NCBI GenBank assembly: GCA_963514005.1
Contig: OY740820.1
Span: forward strand, 13,206,001-13,270,000
Reading direction: 5' to 3'
Source: Raja brachyura
Taxonomy: Eukaryota
DNA length: 64,000 bases
Shown here one piece after another: positions 53,440 through 64,000 of this stretch. Both the position numbers and the translations under genes were made by a program. Each line of letters starts with the position of its first letter. Position 1 is the stretch's first letter. The notes beneath the pieces are model-generated. The model ran no database searches, had not been told where the DNA came from, and saw only the letters and a list, made by a program, of their open reading frames with translations.

Positions 53440-54016
53440 CTACAAGGTTAATTCCCGGGATGGCGGGACTGTCATATGCTGAGAGAATAGAAACATTGAC
53501 ATAGAAACATAGAAAATAGATGCAGGAGTAGGCCATTCGGCCCTTCGCACCTGCACCGCCATTCAATATGATCATGGCTGATCATCCAACTCAATATGGG
53601 GCAGCTGGGCTTGTACACTCTGGAGTTTAGGATGAGAGGGGATCTCATTGAAACATATAAGATTGTTAAGGTGTTGGACACGCTAGAGGCAGGAAACGTG
53701 TTTCCGATGTTGGAGGAGACCAGAACCAGGGGCCACAGTTTAAGAATAAGGAGTAAGCCATTTAGAACGGAGACAAGGAAACACTTTTTCTCACAGAGTG
53801 GTGAGTCTGTCAAATTCTCTGCCTCAGAGGGCGGTGGAGGCAGGTTCTCGGCTTTCAAGAGAGAGCTAGATAGGGCTCTTATATAGCAGAGTCAGGGGAT
53901 ATGGGAGAAGGCAGGAGCGGGGTACTGATTGAGAATGATCAGCCATGATCACATTGAATGACGGTGCTGGCTCGAAGGGCCGAATGGCCTACTCCTGCAC
54001 CTATTGTCTATTGTCA
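53440..54016 (+). mobile_element. CR1 LINE 3' fragment containing an antisense CR1 tail insert (about 53487-53595)
   Basis: TRLIPGMAGLSYAER / QLGLYTLEFRMRGDLIETYKI, separated by a reverse-complement tail. Confidence 0.8.
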
Positions 54017-54191
54017 ATAATTATGTTTAGTTGAATGGAATTAGGGGATTATTAAGAGGAAGATGTAATAAGAAAGAGCAAGTTTGTGCCTGGCAGCTGT
54101 AGTATATTTCCTATGGATTTCTCCCCACACTATTCTTATATTTAATTGCAGTCAACTGAAGCACTCATCTGTCCAATTATGCTTTTAACAG

Positions 54192-54399
54192 GAATCTACG
54201 CCGAATTCGCAAGTGCCAACGGGGTCGGGAGCAACAAGAAAAAGAAGGGAAGGAATGCAGCAATAAGAAATCTATGGAGAATGCGGAGAATTATGATAAA
54301 GCACAGTGCAATTTTAAACTCAACTCGTACAAGATGGTGTATGTCTTCAAATCAGAAGACTACATGTACAGGAGGACTGCACTGCTTAGGGCTCGGCAG
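54192..54399 (+). CDS. SIN3A: SIN3A coding exon 19
   Basis: [18 protein letters not shown]...[29 protein letters not shown]; 208 nt. Confidence 0.95.
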
Positions 54400-54465
54400 G
54401 TCAGTGCACTCGTTACAGGCTCCGCGTATCTTTTGAGGATACAAAAAGCAAGATGATGTGTTTAG

Positions 54466-54678
54466 GGAGACAAAAATGTTGGAGAAACTCAGCGGGTGAG
54501 GCAGCATCTATGGAGTGAAGGAAATAGGCAACGTTTCGGGTTGAAACCCTTCTTCAGACTGTTTTGACCCAAAACGTTGCCTATTTCCTTCACTCCATAG
54601 ATGCTGCCTCACCCGCTGAGTTTCTCCAGCAGTTTTTGTCTACCTTCGATTTTCCAGCAACTGCAGTTCCTTCTTAAA
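54466..54678. repeat. Palindromic Penelope module with 17 bp TSD (1 mismatch)
   Basis: CAAGA(T/G)GATGTGTTTAG at 54449-54465 and 54679-54695. Confidence 0.85.
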
Positions 54679-54689
54679 CAAGAGGATGT

Positions 54690-54945
54690 GTTTAGTTTAG
54701 TTTAGAGATACAGCGCAAGAACAGGCCTTTCGGCCCATCGTGTCCGCGTCAACCAGTACTAGCGCTATCCCACACTAGGGACAATGTACAATCTTTACCA
54801 AAGCCAATCAACCTTCAAACCAGTACGTCTTTGGAGTGTCCCAGAGCACCCAGGGAAAACCCACATGGTTACATTGAGAACATACAAACTCCCTGCAGAC
54901 AGGATTGAACCGGGGTCTGGTGCTGTAAGGCTGTGTCGCCCACTG
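54690..54945 (-). mobile_element. V-SINE (HE1-like), internally deleted
   Basis: (TTTAG)n, tail and V-domain in reverse complement. Confidence 0.72.
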
Positions 54946-56117
54946 CACTGTGGATAATGGGAACCAGACATCTAAAAGCAACCGATATTGGGAGGTCCAG
55001 AGTTTCAGGTTGGACATTTTAGCTATAAAAGATTATGCTCCCACCCTTAGATGAAGCTTGAATGTTTCTGCCTTCCATTGGGTATGTTAGTAAGATTGCC
55101 TTATACCTGCTCCGGTGGTAAATAAAATGATGGCTGATCTTTTACCTCAGCACCATTTTCCTGCACTATCCATTGTTCCTTGTTTTCCTTAATATCTAAA
55201 AATCTATCAAAATCTCTCTTGTCCTACCCTGATCATTTCCTCCTTCTCCGCCCTGTTCCTGCCTGACAGAAGGTACAAATGCTTGAGAATGCGCACCACC
55301 AGGAACAGCTTCTTCCCCTCTGTTATCAGACTTCTGAACGGTCCTTCCACAAGCTAGGATATTGTCCGATTCACCTCCACCCCATTGAGGACATTGGACT
55401 TCCGGTACTAAAGAGTTAAAGGGTTACACAAAAAGCTGGAGAAACTCAGCGGGTGCAGCAGCATCTAAGGAGCGAAGGAGATAGGCAACGTTTCGGGTCG
55501 AGGCCCTTCTTCAGACTGGATGTCTGGTACTGTTGCGCTACAATGCTGAAAACTATATTCTACACTCTGTATCCTCCCCTTTGCCCTATCTAATGTACTT
55601 GAGTTTGACTTTATTGTAGTTATCTACAGTTTATTTGATCTGTTTGAAAAAGGCTTTTCATTGTACCTAAACCTTAATCTAGAATGTACTCAAAAACCGA
55701 GCCTCTTCTATCAAAGAGGTTTATAAGTGAAAACATTTCTTCTTATCCCTCTCCTCATGTCCAAACCTTTATTTTGAGCATGTAACCGGTTTTGGACATG
55801 ACAGCCAGGGATATCATCAATCCAGTGTTTATCCTGGCATGATCCATACCAATTTTGTCTGGTTTTGTTATCTTATTTAGCATTCAGATAAACTAGAGAG
55901 AGAGTATAGCCAGTCTGTTTAACCTCTCCTCATCCAATGAACCTACCACCCCAGGAGCTTCAAAAAAGACACAAGTGGGAAATGATAGGCTGAAAATATT
56001 TATTGACTGCTTGTTCACCCCAACCATCACCCAGAGCCAAGTGCATTTTGTCCTGCACATTGAAAATCTTACCTTGGTGTTGGTGTTAACTGGCTTGTCT
56101 CATGAAACTCAATTCTT

Positions 56118-56189
56118 CGTCGCCTATCTCCTTCGCTCTTTAGATGCTGCTGCACCCGCTGAGTTTCTCCAGCTTTTTGTGTAACCCCC
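56118..56189 (+). repeat. 72 bp solo Penelope module with 13 bp TSD
   Basis: AAACTCAATTCTT at 56105-56117 and 56190-56202. Confidence 0.8.
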
Positions 56190-56231
56190 AAACTCAATTC
56201 TTTCTCTGATTGTGTAAGTTTCATGGGTATT

Positions 56232-56512
56232 GGGGCGACATAGTGGTGCAGCGGTAGAGTTGGTGCCAGAGACTCTGATTCGACCCTGACTACGGGCGCA
56301 GTCTGTATGGAGTTTGTACGTTCTTGTGATTACATGGGTTTTCTCCGGGTGCTCCAGTTTCCTCCCACACTCCAAAGACGTACAGGTTTGTGCGGTTAAC
56401 TGGCTTCTGTAAATTGTAATCTGTCCCTAGTGTGTAGGGTAGTGCTAGTATATAGGGATCGCTGGTCGGCGCGGACTCGGTGGGTGGAAGGGCATGTTTC
56501 TCTAAAGTCCAG
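56232..56512 (+). mobile_element. V-SINE ending about 40 nt upstream of the last-exon acceptor
   Basis: Head, V-domain and tail motifs. Confidence 0.78.
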
Positions 56513-56552
56513 TCTATTGACGCCGTGTTTTTCTTCTCTCTTTGAAATGTAG

Positions 56553-56783
56553 TCCCACGAGCGGGTCAGCACGCGGTTACATCAGCGGTTCCAGGCCTGG
56601 GTGGACAAATGGAGCAAAGAGCACGTGACCCGCGAGATGGCTGCCGAGTCCAGCAAGTGGCTAATGGGCGAGGGGTTGGAGGGCATGCTGCCTTGCACGA
56701 CCACCTGCGAAAAGGAAACGCTGCACTTCATGAAAATCAACAAGTACAGGGTGAAATACAGTGCACTGTTCAAGGGGCCATGA
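56553..56783 (+). CDS. SIN3A: SIN3A coding exon 20 (last), ends at TGA
   Basis: [20 protein letters not shown]...[16 protein letters not shown]; 231 nt. Confidence 0.95.
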   Translation, partial: SHERVSTRLHQRFQAWVDKWSKEHVTREMAAESSKWLMGEGLEGMLPCTTTCEKETLHFMKINKYRVKYSALFKGP

Positions 56784-58750
56784 CCTACCCACACACCAGG
56801 TCCCCCTGTCGTTCAGTGTGCCTGCCCGCGTCTGGCACCTCGTCCAATGCCATTCACCAGCTCCTACAACAACATTAAACACTGCTATCTTTTTGTAAAT
56901 ACTCTGTACATATTGTCAACAGACTTTTTTTTTTTAAAGGAGAAACAATCTGCATCAATGTGCTAGCATCACTTACTAGCTTATTGTGTATCATAGTATG
57001 AGGTGGCTTGAAGTTAGTTGATATGGAAAAATGAGGCACCATTATTAAAGTTTTTACCAAAGGGATTTCAGAGTAATTGTAGCTTTCTTTACATGTGAAT
57101 TTCTGTTAGTGACAAGATATTTCTTTATGTACAGAACACTTGCATCATTAAGTGTCCATGTGCAGCATGCCATTACATAGTGTATTTTGGCCTTTTTGTT
57201 TTAAGTTTTAATTCAAGTTTGCTCGTCTATAACAACTGGACCAAACTTCACGGCAGACGTTATTTAAACTGTCCGATCACCTTTTCTTTCTTTATGGAAA
57301 CATTGAACGCTGGGTCTCTGAGGGTAACTTACCTAAGACCTTTTTTATATATAAAAAAAAACCTGCCTTAGTCTTCCAAACACAATTTGCTTCCTTTTGG
57401 AAGTCTGATAGACTGCTGGTTCCAGTTTTATACAGTATTCGACCCTGTGGAATTGTAGCTTCAGGTATTATAAGACATTAATGAGCAAGTGGTTGACTGA
57501 CGAACCAGTCACAATCCCTTCACACTGCAGCATCCAATTTTATTTCCAGACATCCATCAGCGGTTACTAATTCAGTTGTGATTGACACAGTCCTTAACTT
57601 TTCGTGCTGCTTTTTTTTTTACAAGTTACAGGAAAAACAAGATTTTTCATGGTTTGGGCATTTAATTTTGAACATTTCTTTGTTGAAGCATTTTGACTAT
57701 AGCATTCGAAGCCTCTTACCAACACACTTGGTACCATTACAAGACAGTGAAACACATTAGGTGTTTTTTTTTTTTAAACGTGTTACACAAAAAAAGCTTA
57801 GCTGAATTTTGAAAGACTTTCTACGAGCCTTAAATTTTGTTGGCTAGAACTTTCACTGATGTCTGTCATATATTGAAAGTGCTCCAATGTCTGAAACACA
57901 TGACTGTTAATTATGATGCCTCTGGAAATCAGTTTTATACATTTAATAATACCCTTTTCCTCCCCTAGCCCCTTCTGCCTTCATCTGCTTTTAAGGTTAT
58001 TTTTACTCGTTGAAACAGGTTTTTTTAAGTTTTGAGATTTTCTTTTTGATGAGTCTGGTCAGCAGCCACACTTCTTGTTTTTTTTTCTCTCTCTATGCGC
58101 ATCTATTCAAACATATTTTGGACTTGTTACTATTCTCTCTCCCCCCAATTACTCCTGGAAATGAATGATCTTTTTGTTGACAACAGCAGACTGGTAATTG
58201 GGTGAAAACGCTCCACTCAAGACGTTCCGCCATCTTACACATTTCTTTGTAAATCAGGTAAATTATTTTCTCTGCCCTACCCCTCTCCGTCTACTGACGT
58301 TGGTCAGTGGCTTTTGCTTCCCTAGGACAAACCGAGTAGTGGTTTGGCAAGTATTAGAACAGCCAATCTAATCAAGGCAAGATTTGGCTAACGGCAGCTG
58401 AAAAGAAAAATCCTAAAACTATTTTCTGCTCAACCACTCACCCGGCTGTTGTCTTAAACCTCCAATTGTCCATTGAGATTGTTGCAACTGTTCAGATAGC
58501 CACTGTGCTCCACAACATTGTGATCAGACAATGTCAGAGATTGATTTGTACAGTTTGCCCCAGCAACCTCTGTATTTTCACTTTGTAAAGTATAAGAGGC
58601 AGGGCTTTTAAGCCAGCTTGTACAATGCATATATATTGCTTTTTGTATTCTGTGCTGTGATCTTTAGCCACCCACGTGTGATTTCTATACAGAAGTTGTA
58701 CACTTGACTTGTAGTTCAGTATTTCCCATTAAAATATCGCCAGGGCTGAA
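56784..58750 (+). other. SIN3A: Probable SIN3A 3'UTR
   Basis: U-rich, about 2 kb free of the interspersed repeats that fill the introns; ends at a candidate poly(A) site. Confidence 0.65.
58728..58733 (+). promoter_or_regulatory. Candidate distal polyadenylation signal ATTAAA
   Basis: Several upstream TGTA motifs (58608-58715), downstream GT-rich tract at about 58755-58780; repeats resume at about 59100. Confidence 0.55.
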
Positions 58751-59104
58751 ATCTGGCTGTCTTGTGTGTAGTGTATTATTTCCTCCATCATTGAATAACA
58801 ACGTCTTCTTATCGAGCGCACACACACAAGATTGGAAGTGGTTAAGCCAGAGCTGAACACACTTCTTGGCATCTGAATACAATGGTGTCTGTCTTGTCAC
58901 TTCTTGTGCGTGGTAGTGGAAAGATTGGTGGAAACGGCCGCGACATGAATGCTCTCCTTGACCCCATTGAATAACTTCAAATATGTAATTAAAAGGATAA
59001 TGTATTTAGATTCGAAGCATAAACTGCTACCCTCATTACTCCAGAGGCAGGTTATTATTTTTTGTACTGCCGCCATTTCAAGACTTCAAAGTAAAACTCA
59101 TCAC

Positions 59105-59508
59105 CGAGAGAATGGAGCAGCTGGGCTTGTACACTCTGGAGTTTAGAAGGATGAGGGGATCTCATTGAAACATATACGATTGCAAAGGGTTTGGACACGC
59201 TAAGGGAGGAAATATGTTCCCGATGTTGGGGGAGTCCAGAACCAGGGGCCACAGTTTAAGAATAAGGAGCAAGCCATTTAGAACGGAGAGGAGGAAACAC
59301 TTTTTTCACAGAGAGTGGTGAATCTGGAATTCTCTGCCTCAGAGGGCGGTGGAGGCAGGTTCTCTGGATGCTTTCAAGAGAGAGCTAGATAGGGCTCTTA
59401 AAAATAGCGGAGTCAGGGGATATGGAGAGAAGGCAGGATCGGGGTACTGATTAGGGATGATCAGCCATGATCACATTGAATGGCCTATTCCTGCACCTAT
59501 TGTCTATT
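59105..59508 (+). mobile_element. CR1 LINE 3' fragment (same subfamily as 53600-54016)
   Basis: gagcagctgggcttgtacactctggag...cctgcacctattgtctatt. Confidence 0.85.
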
Positions 59509-59667
59509 AATTTGGATGGAGATCAAAGATCATCTCCGTTTGCGTAAGAATATCTGGTATACAAATATTGTGAAATATCAGGGAGTACAAATCAAAGTAA
59601 AGACAGATTTTAGAATCATCAGTTGCACCACATGATCAGTGCAGTGACTTGAATTAAAGATTGCAAT

Positions 59668-59990
59668 GTGTAGGAAGGAACGGCAGATGCTGGCTTATAC
59701 CGAAGATGGACACCAAATGCTGGAGTAACTCAGCGGGACAGGCAGCAACTCTGGATAGGAATGGGTGACATTTCAGGTCAAGACCCTTCTTCAGGCAGAG
59801 TTAGGGAGAGGGAGACACAAAAATGGAAGGGTAAGGTGTGAAGATGAGGCATCAAAGGGGGTGATGATCAAGAAAAATGTAGCATCGATCATTGCTAGCT
59901 AAGGGCAGGTGATAATGAAGTATACAAATATAAAATTTAATCCGGACAGTCAGTCTGGTCAACAAACTGGGTTGTGGGAGGGATGGAGAG
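59668..59990 (-). mobile_element. Penelope-like 3' fragment
   Basis: Reverse complement of the 25320-25640-type tail. Confidence 0.7.
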
Positions 59991-60967
59991 AATATTGAAA
60001 TATTTGGGCAATAAAGGAAAGCTGGAGCAGAGTAGAATGTTTTGATTTAATGCCTTTGGCTGTGAGACTTCTCTCATGATCAGAAAATCATTTTCACCCT
60101 TTTTTTTATTTTTTTGCAGACTGAGGGCATCGCTGACAAGGCTGTCACTTAATTGTCCAGGCCTAATTGTCCTCTGGAGGATAATAGATAGCCTGATTTG
60201 TGAACCACTACAGTCTATGTGGTGATGGTACACCCCCTGTGCTCGCGGATGAAGAGTTAGACATCAAAAGCTGGAGTAACTCAGCGGGACAGGCGGCATC
60301 TCGGGAGAACGTTTCAAGTCTGATGACCCGAAAACGTCACCCATTCCTTCTCTCCAGAGATGCTGCCTGTCCCGCTGAGTTACTCCAGCTTTTTGTGTCT
60401 ATCTTAGTGCCCTGACTTATGATTCGTACGTTCATATGTTATGGGCCATTCAGCCCCATCAAGTCTACTCTGCCATTTAATCGTGGCTGATCTATCTTTC
60501 CCTCTCAACCCCATTCTCCAGCCTTCTCCACATAACCCCTGACACCCGTATTAATCCTGAATAGTGATGGGAGAATGAGAATGAGACAGTTCTACTGTTG
60601 TTGGCACCCAGCACCAGATGTGTTAATCCAGACATAAGCCACTGCAGATGCTAATTCAGTTTGCCAGTCTAGATAAATTAAAATCCCCTCTGATTTTTAT
60701 ATTAGCCTTGTTACATGGAACACTATTTGCCTAATGTATACAATACCCAACATTATTAATAGCGTTTGTTGTCCGATGTATCATTTGCATCAGAGACAGG
60801 TGATAAAATAAAAACATTGAACACAAGAGGGAGTCTGTGCACTTTGTGCAGGCACTTTGAACTGCAGAATTGTGTGATGGATGGGTCTCGGACTACAATG
60901 AAATGATGAAAGGAGATAGCTAAATTAAAAAATTGTAAGGAAGGTTTTAGTTGGACCTGTAGCTCTA

Positions 60968-61678
60968 GTGGTGCCGTCAGTGATGGCAGCTTCGCCGACA
61001 GTCTGTCTGTCTTTTCGTCTCTTTTGTTATTTTTAGAGTGTTTTAAAAAGTATGTGTTAATGTTCTCGGGGGGGGGGGGGGGGGGGGGAACGGACCGGGG
61101 GCAACTTTTTTACCTTGCCGGAGATACCATTGTTTTCCGGATCGTATCTTTGGTCGCTCTACGGCCTTGTTCGAGACTGACTTTGAGCCCCACCGTGGGG
61201 CCGTGAACTTGCCATTGGAGCCTGCGATCCCTTGCCTGGGATGCGGATTTCAACATCGATTAGCTCGCAGTCTCGGGGAGAGACTGATGTCGGGAAGCTC
61301 CAAGCCGCTGGAGGTTCGACCAGCCCTGACTAGGGAGTCCGATCGCCCGGTGCGGGGGAGCTGAGATCAGCCACGACGTGGGACCTTGATCACCCCGATG
61401 CGGAGGGCTCAACCGCCGGTCGTGGGAACAAAGATCACCCCGACAACGGAAGGTTCGAGTGCCCCGACCGCGGGAAAACAAAGAAGGGAAGAAGAATGAA
61501 CTTTTTTTTTGGCTTCCATCACATTCTCCACTGTGATGGGAGTCGCTGTGGTGGATGTTCATGTTAAACATGTATTTGGGTGTCTTGTTGCTCTTTATTG
61601 GTATGACTGTATGGCAATCTGAATTTCACTGTACCTTAATTGGTACATGTGACAATAAACTGACCTTCAACCTTGAAT
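60968..61678 (+). mobile_element. GC-rich non-coding element with a Rex-type 3' tail (apparently full length)
   Basis: Head shared with 37370-37775(-); subterminal hairpin and tail shared with 10155-10625(-) and 35085-35710(-); ends tttcactgtac...gtgacaataaa. Confidence 0.6.
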
Positions 61679-61699
61679 GAATGGATGAACCACGAAGGG

Positions 61700-62030
61700 G
61701 CAAGATAGACACACAATGCTGGAGTAACTGAACGGGTCAGGCAGCAACATCCCTGGCGAAAAGGAATAGATGATGTTTCAGGTCGGAACGCTTCTTTAGA
61801 CTGAAAGCCGAGGTGGGGGCATGGGTGGGGTGGGGTAACTGGGGGACAGGAAAGAGTTACTTGAAATGAGAGAAATCAACATTCATACTACTGGGTTATA
61901 AGCTGACACTCTGACAGTGGAGGAGGCCCAGGACAGAAAGGTCAGTGTGGGAATGGATAGGGGAATTCAAATGTTTGGCAATGTTAGATCGTGTAGGTCA
62001 AGGTAGGCGAAAAATGCTCAGCTAAGTCTA
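61700..62030 (-). mobile_element. Penelope-like 3' fragment
   Basis: Terminal module plus reverse complement of the GIY-YIG C-terminal coding stretch (gacctttctgtcctgggcctcc). Confidence 0.7.
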
Positions 62031-62269
62031 CCCTTAATATGCATCTATTAACATATCTTAGAAACAAGGAACTGCAGATACTGGTTTACTAAAATATGAG
62101 AGACACAAAGTGCTGGAGAGCTCAGTGGGTAATGCAGCATCCCTGGAGAACATGGTGACAATATTAAACTAAACTAAACAAAGGCGACATTTCAGGTCGG
62201 GATCCTTCAGTCCAGAGCTACAGGTACAACTAAAACCTTGCTTACAGCAGCATCACAGGCACAGACTTA

Positions 62270-62545
62270 TGCCCCTGTCCCACTTAAGAAACTGAACGGA
62301 GACCTCTGGAGACTTCGCGCCCCACCCAAGCTTTCCGTGCGGTTCCCGGAGGGTTTTGTCAGTCTCCCTAATGGTCGAAGGTGGTTTCCACTTCTTCTAT
62401 GTTCCGGCGATTATTTGAAAAAATTCAAAACCGTCCGCGACTAAAAATAGGTTGCCGTTTTAAAAATCGGTGATTTTTTAGTCGAAGCCGGTTGCGATGC
62501 TATTTGAAGGTGGTTGCCGGAGGTTGCAGGTAGTGGAAGGTAAGA
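62270..62545. mobile_element. Probable Harbinger-like MITE fragment
   Basis: Starts GCCCCTGTCCCACT, same terminal core as 36245 and 52584; CpG-rich; other end not found. Confidence 0.45.
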
Positions 62546-62691
62546 CCTTTTTTTCACCCAGTTTTATTCCACCAGGGAGGTCTTACCTTTAATTAATGTA
62601 AAACACAATTAGAAATAGAAATCTTCAAAAACGTAGCTGGGCTTTGTCTATATGCACATCCAGTGTATATGCTGGGCCCAGGATCATCAGA

Positions 62692-62774
62692 AGGGTCTCG
62701 ACCCGAAACGTCGCCTATCTCCTTCGCTCCTTAGATGCTGCTGCACCCACTGAGTGTCTCCAGCCTTTTGTGTA
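62692..62774 (+). repeat. Solo Penelope module with 15 bp TSD (1 mismatch)
   Basis: CCCAGGAT(C/T)ATCAGA at 62677-62691 and 62775-62789. Confidence 0.8.
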
Positions 62775-64000
62775 CCCAGGATTATCAGACATGGGAGCAG
62801 TAGTGGGAGGTTGAAGACCAGCTGGTTGGTCCACACATGTCTTTTAGTACTGGGCTAGTTACACCGTACATAGAACAAATGAATGAAAAGTATGAAAAAG
62901 GACAAATCAAAGCCAGCAATGATGATCAAGGAAAGGTGGAGCCCACACATCTCAGGAGAAAAGTACTTCAAAAGGTGTAGGAAGGAACTGCAGATGCTGG
63001 TTTATACACATTGTAGACACAAAATGAGTAACGCAGCGGGACAGGCAGCATCTCTGGAGAGAAAGAATGGGTGATGTTTTGGATCGAGACCCTTCTTCAG
63101 ACTTGGACATTGGTCGGGAGGGATAGGATGAAGTAGAAGTATGTGGAAAATAATTCAGGAGCAGGCAGTACTTAGAAAAAGTTCACTTTACACAAATTAA
63201 CTTCTGTGTGGTCAAATATTTGTGTGTTCGAATGGTGTCATTGGAGGATTGTGTGTTTGGAGTTTAGGTGGGTGAAGGAGTGGCTGGCTGTGGGGAGGAG
63301 AGAACGGCTTAGAAGGAGAGCAAAGTTCCACAGAGTCGGAGCAGATTGCACTGATTTGGCATTGAGCAAGGTCACATCCTCAGTGGTTGTAAAACTTCCT
63401 ATTCCGGTTGTGCAAACACAACAATGATTTAGCAAAGCAAATATCTAGGACGATTGCAGAGCTGGAATTGTTATTGTGAATCCAGTGAGGAGTGAGGGAA
63501 GGGGAGCTCTGAACTACATAGACTATTATAGTTATTATTTAGTGCAAACTAATAATTGTTAAGTAATTATTGTTTGTTTGATTCTATGTGTTCATATGTA
63601 TGTGTATATGCTTACATATGTATGTATAGGAAAGAACTGCAGATGCTGGTTTAAATATATATAAATATATAATGTATAAGGTAGACACAAATTGCTGGAG
63701 TAACTCAGCGGATATGTAGGTATGCTACAAAACTTACCTTCAGCAGCGCTGCAGTTCTGTCACTGGCCGTGTGCGCGACTTTGGCGCCTTTGGGGGTGGG
63801 GGGGGGCGGGGTTAAAATGCGGTTTTCCACTGCCTTCCGGAGTTTTATTTTCTCGGGGTGCGAGCTTTTGCTGAAGATTTGTTCCGACTGCAGGTCTGTG
63901 AATTTTATTTTTTTAATTACCCGACAATTTCAGCGCTGGAGTAAAATAAAAATTAGCTTCTAATGCCGTGAATGCCGACAACGGGGACGGACTTCACGTA

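Noticed and set aside
63206-63435. ORFs downstream of SIN3A as exons of a neighbouring gene
   Set aside because: No recognisable protein motif or convincing splice sites.
63715-64000. CpG-rich segment at the window end as a promoter
   Set aside because: Truncated by the window edge and more like a DNA-transposon fragment; cannot be classified from what is visible.

Overview
Vertebrate genomic DNA, most likely from a cartilaginous fish (skate/ray-like). This is inferred from the HE1/V-SINE, CR1, Rex and Penelope repeat content. The window holds the complete coding region of one gene on the + strand, SIN3A (paired amphipathic helix corepressor). It has 20 GT-AG coding exons from ATG 6999 to TGA 56783 (3819 nt, 1272 aa), with consistent intron phases, followed by a roughly 2 kb repeat-free 3'UTR. 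The non-coding first exon and promoter appear to lie upstream of the window. The introns contain a decayed DD34E Tc1 transposon, CR1 and Rex/Babar LINE fragments, V-SINEs, old Deu-type SINEs, Harbinger-like MITEs and a GC-rich non-coding element family. The most striking feature is about 30 copies of a 70-230 bp module that is the 3' terminal repeat of a Penelope-like (GIY-YIG) retroelement. It carries a minimal hammerhead-ribozyme-like core (CTGAAGA-stem-GAAAC-GTH), often occurs as a head-to-head palindrome, and is repeatedly flanked by its own 10-17 bp target-site duplications, so it appears to move on its own. Almost all other ORFs in the track are repeat-derived or spurious. Repeat boundaries were read by eye and are approximate.
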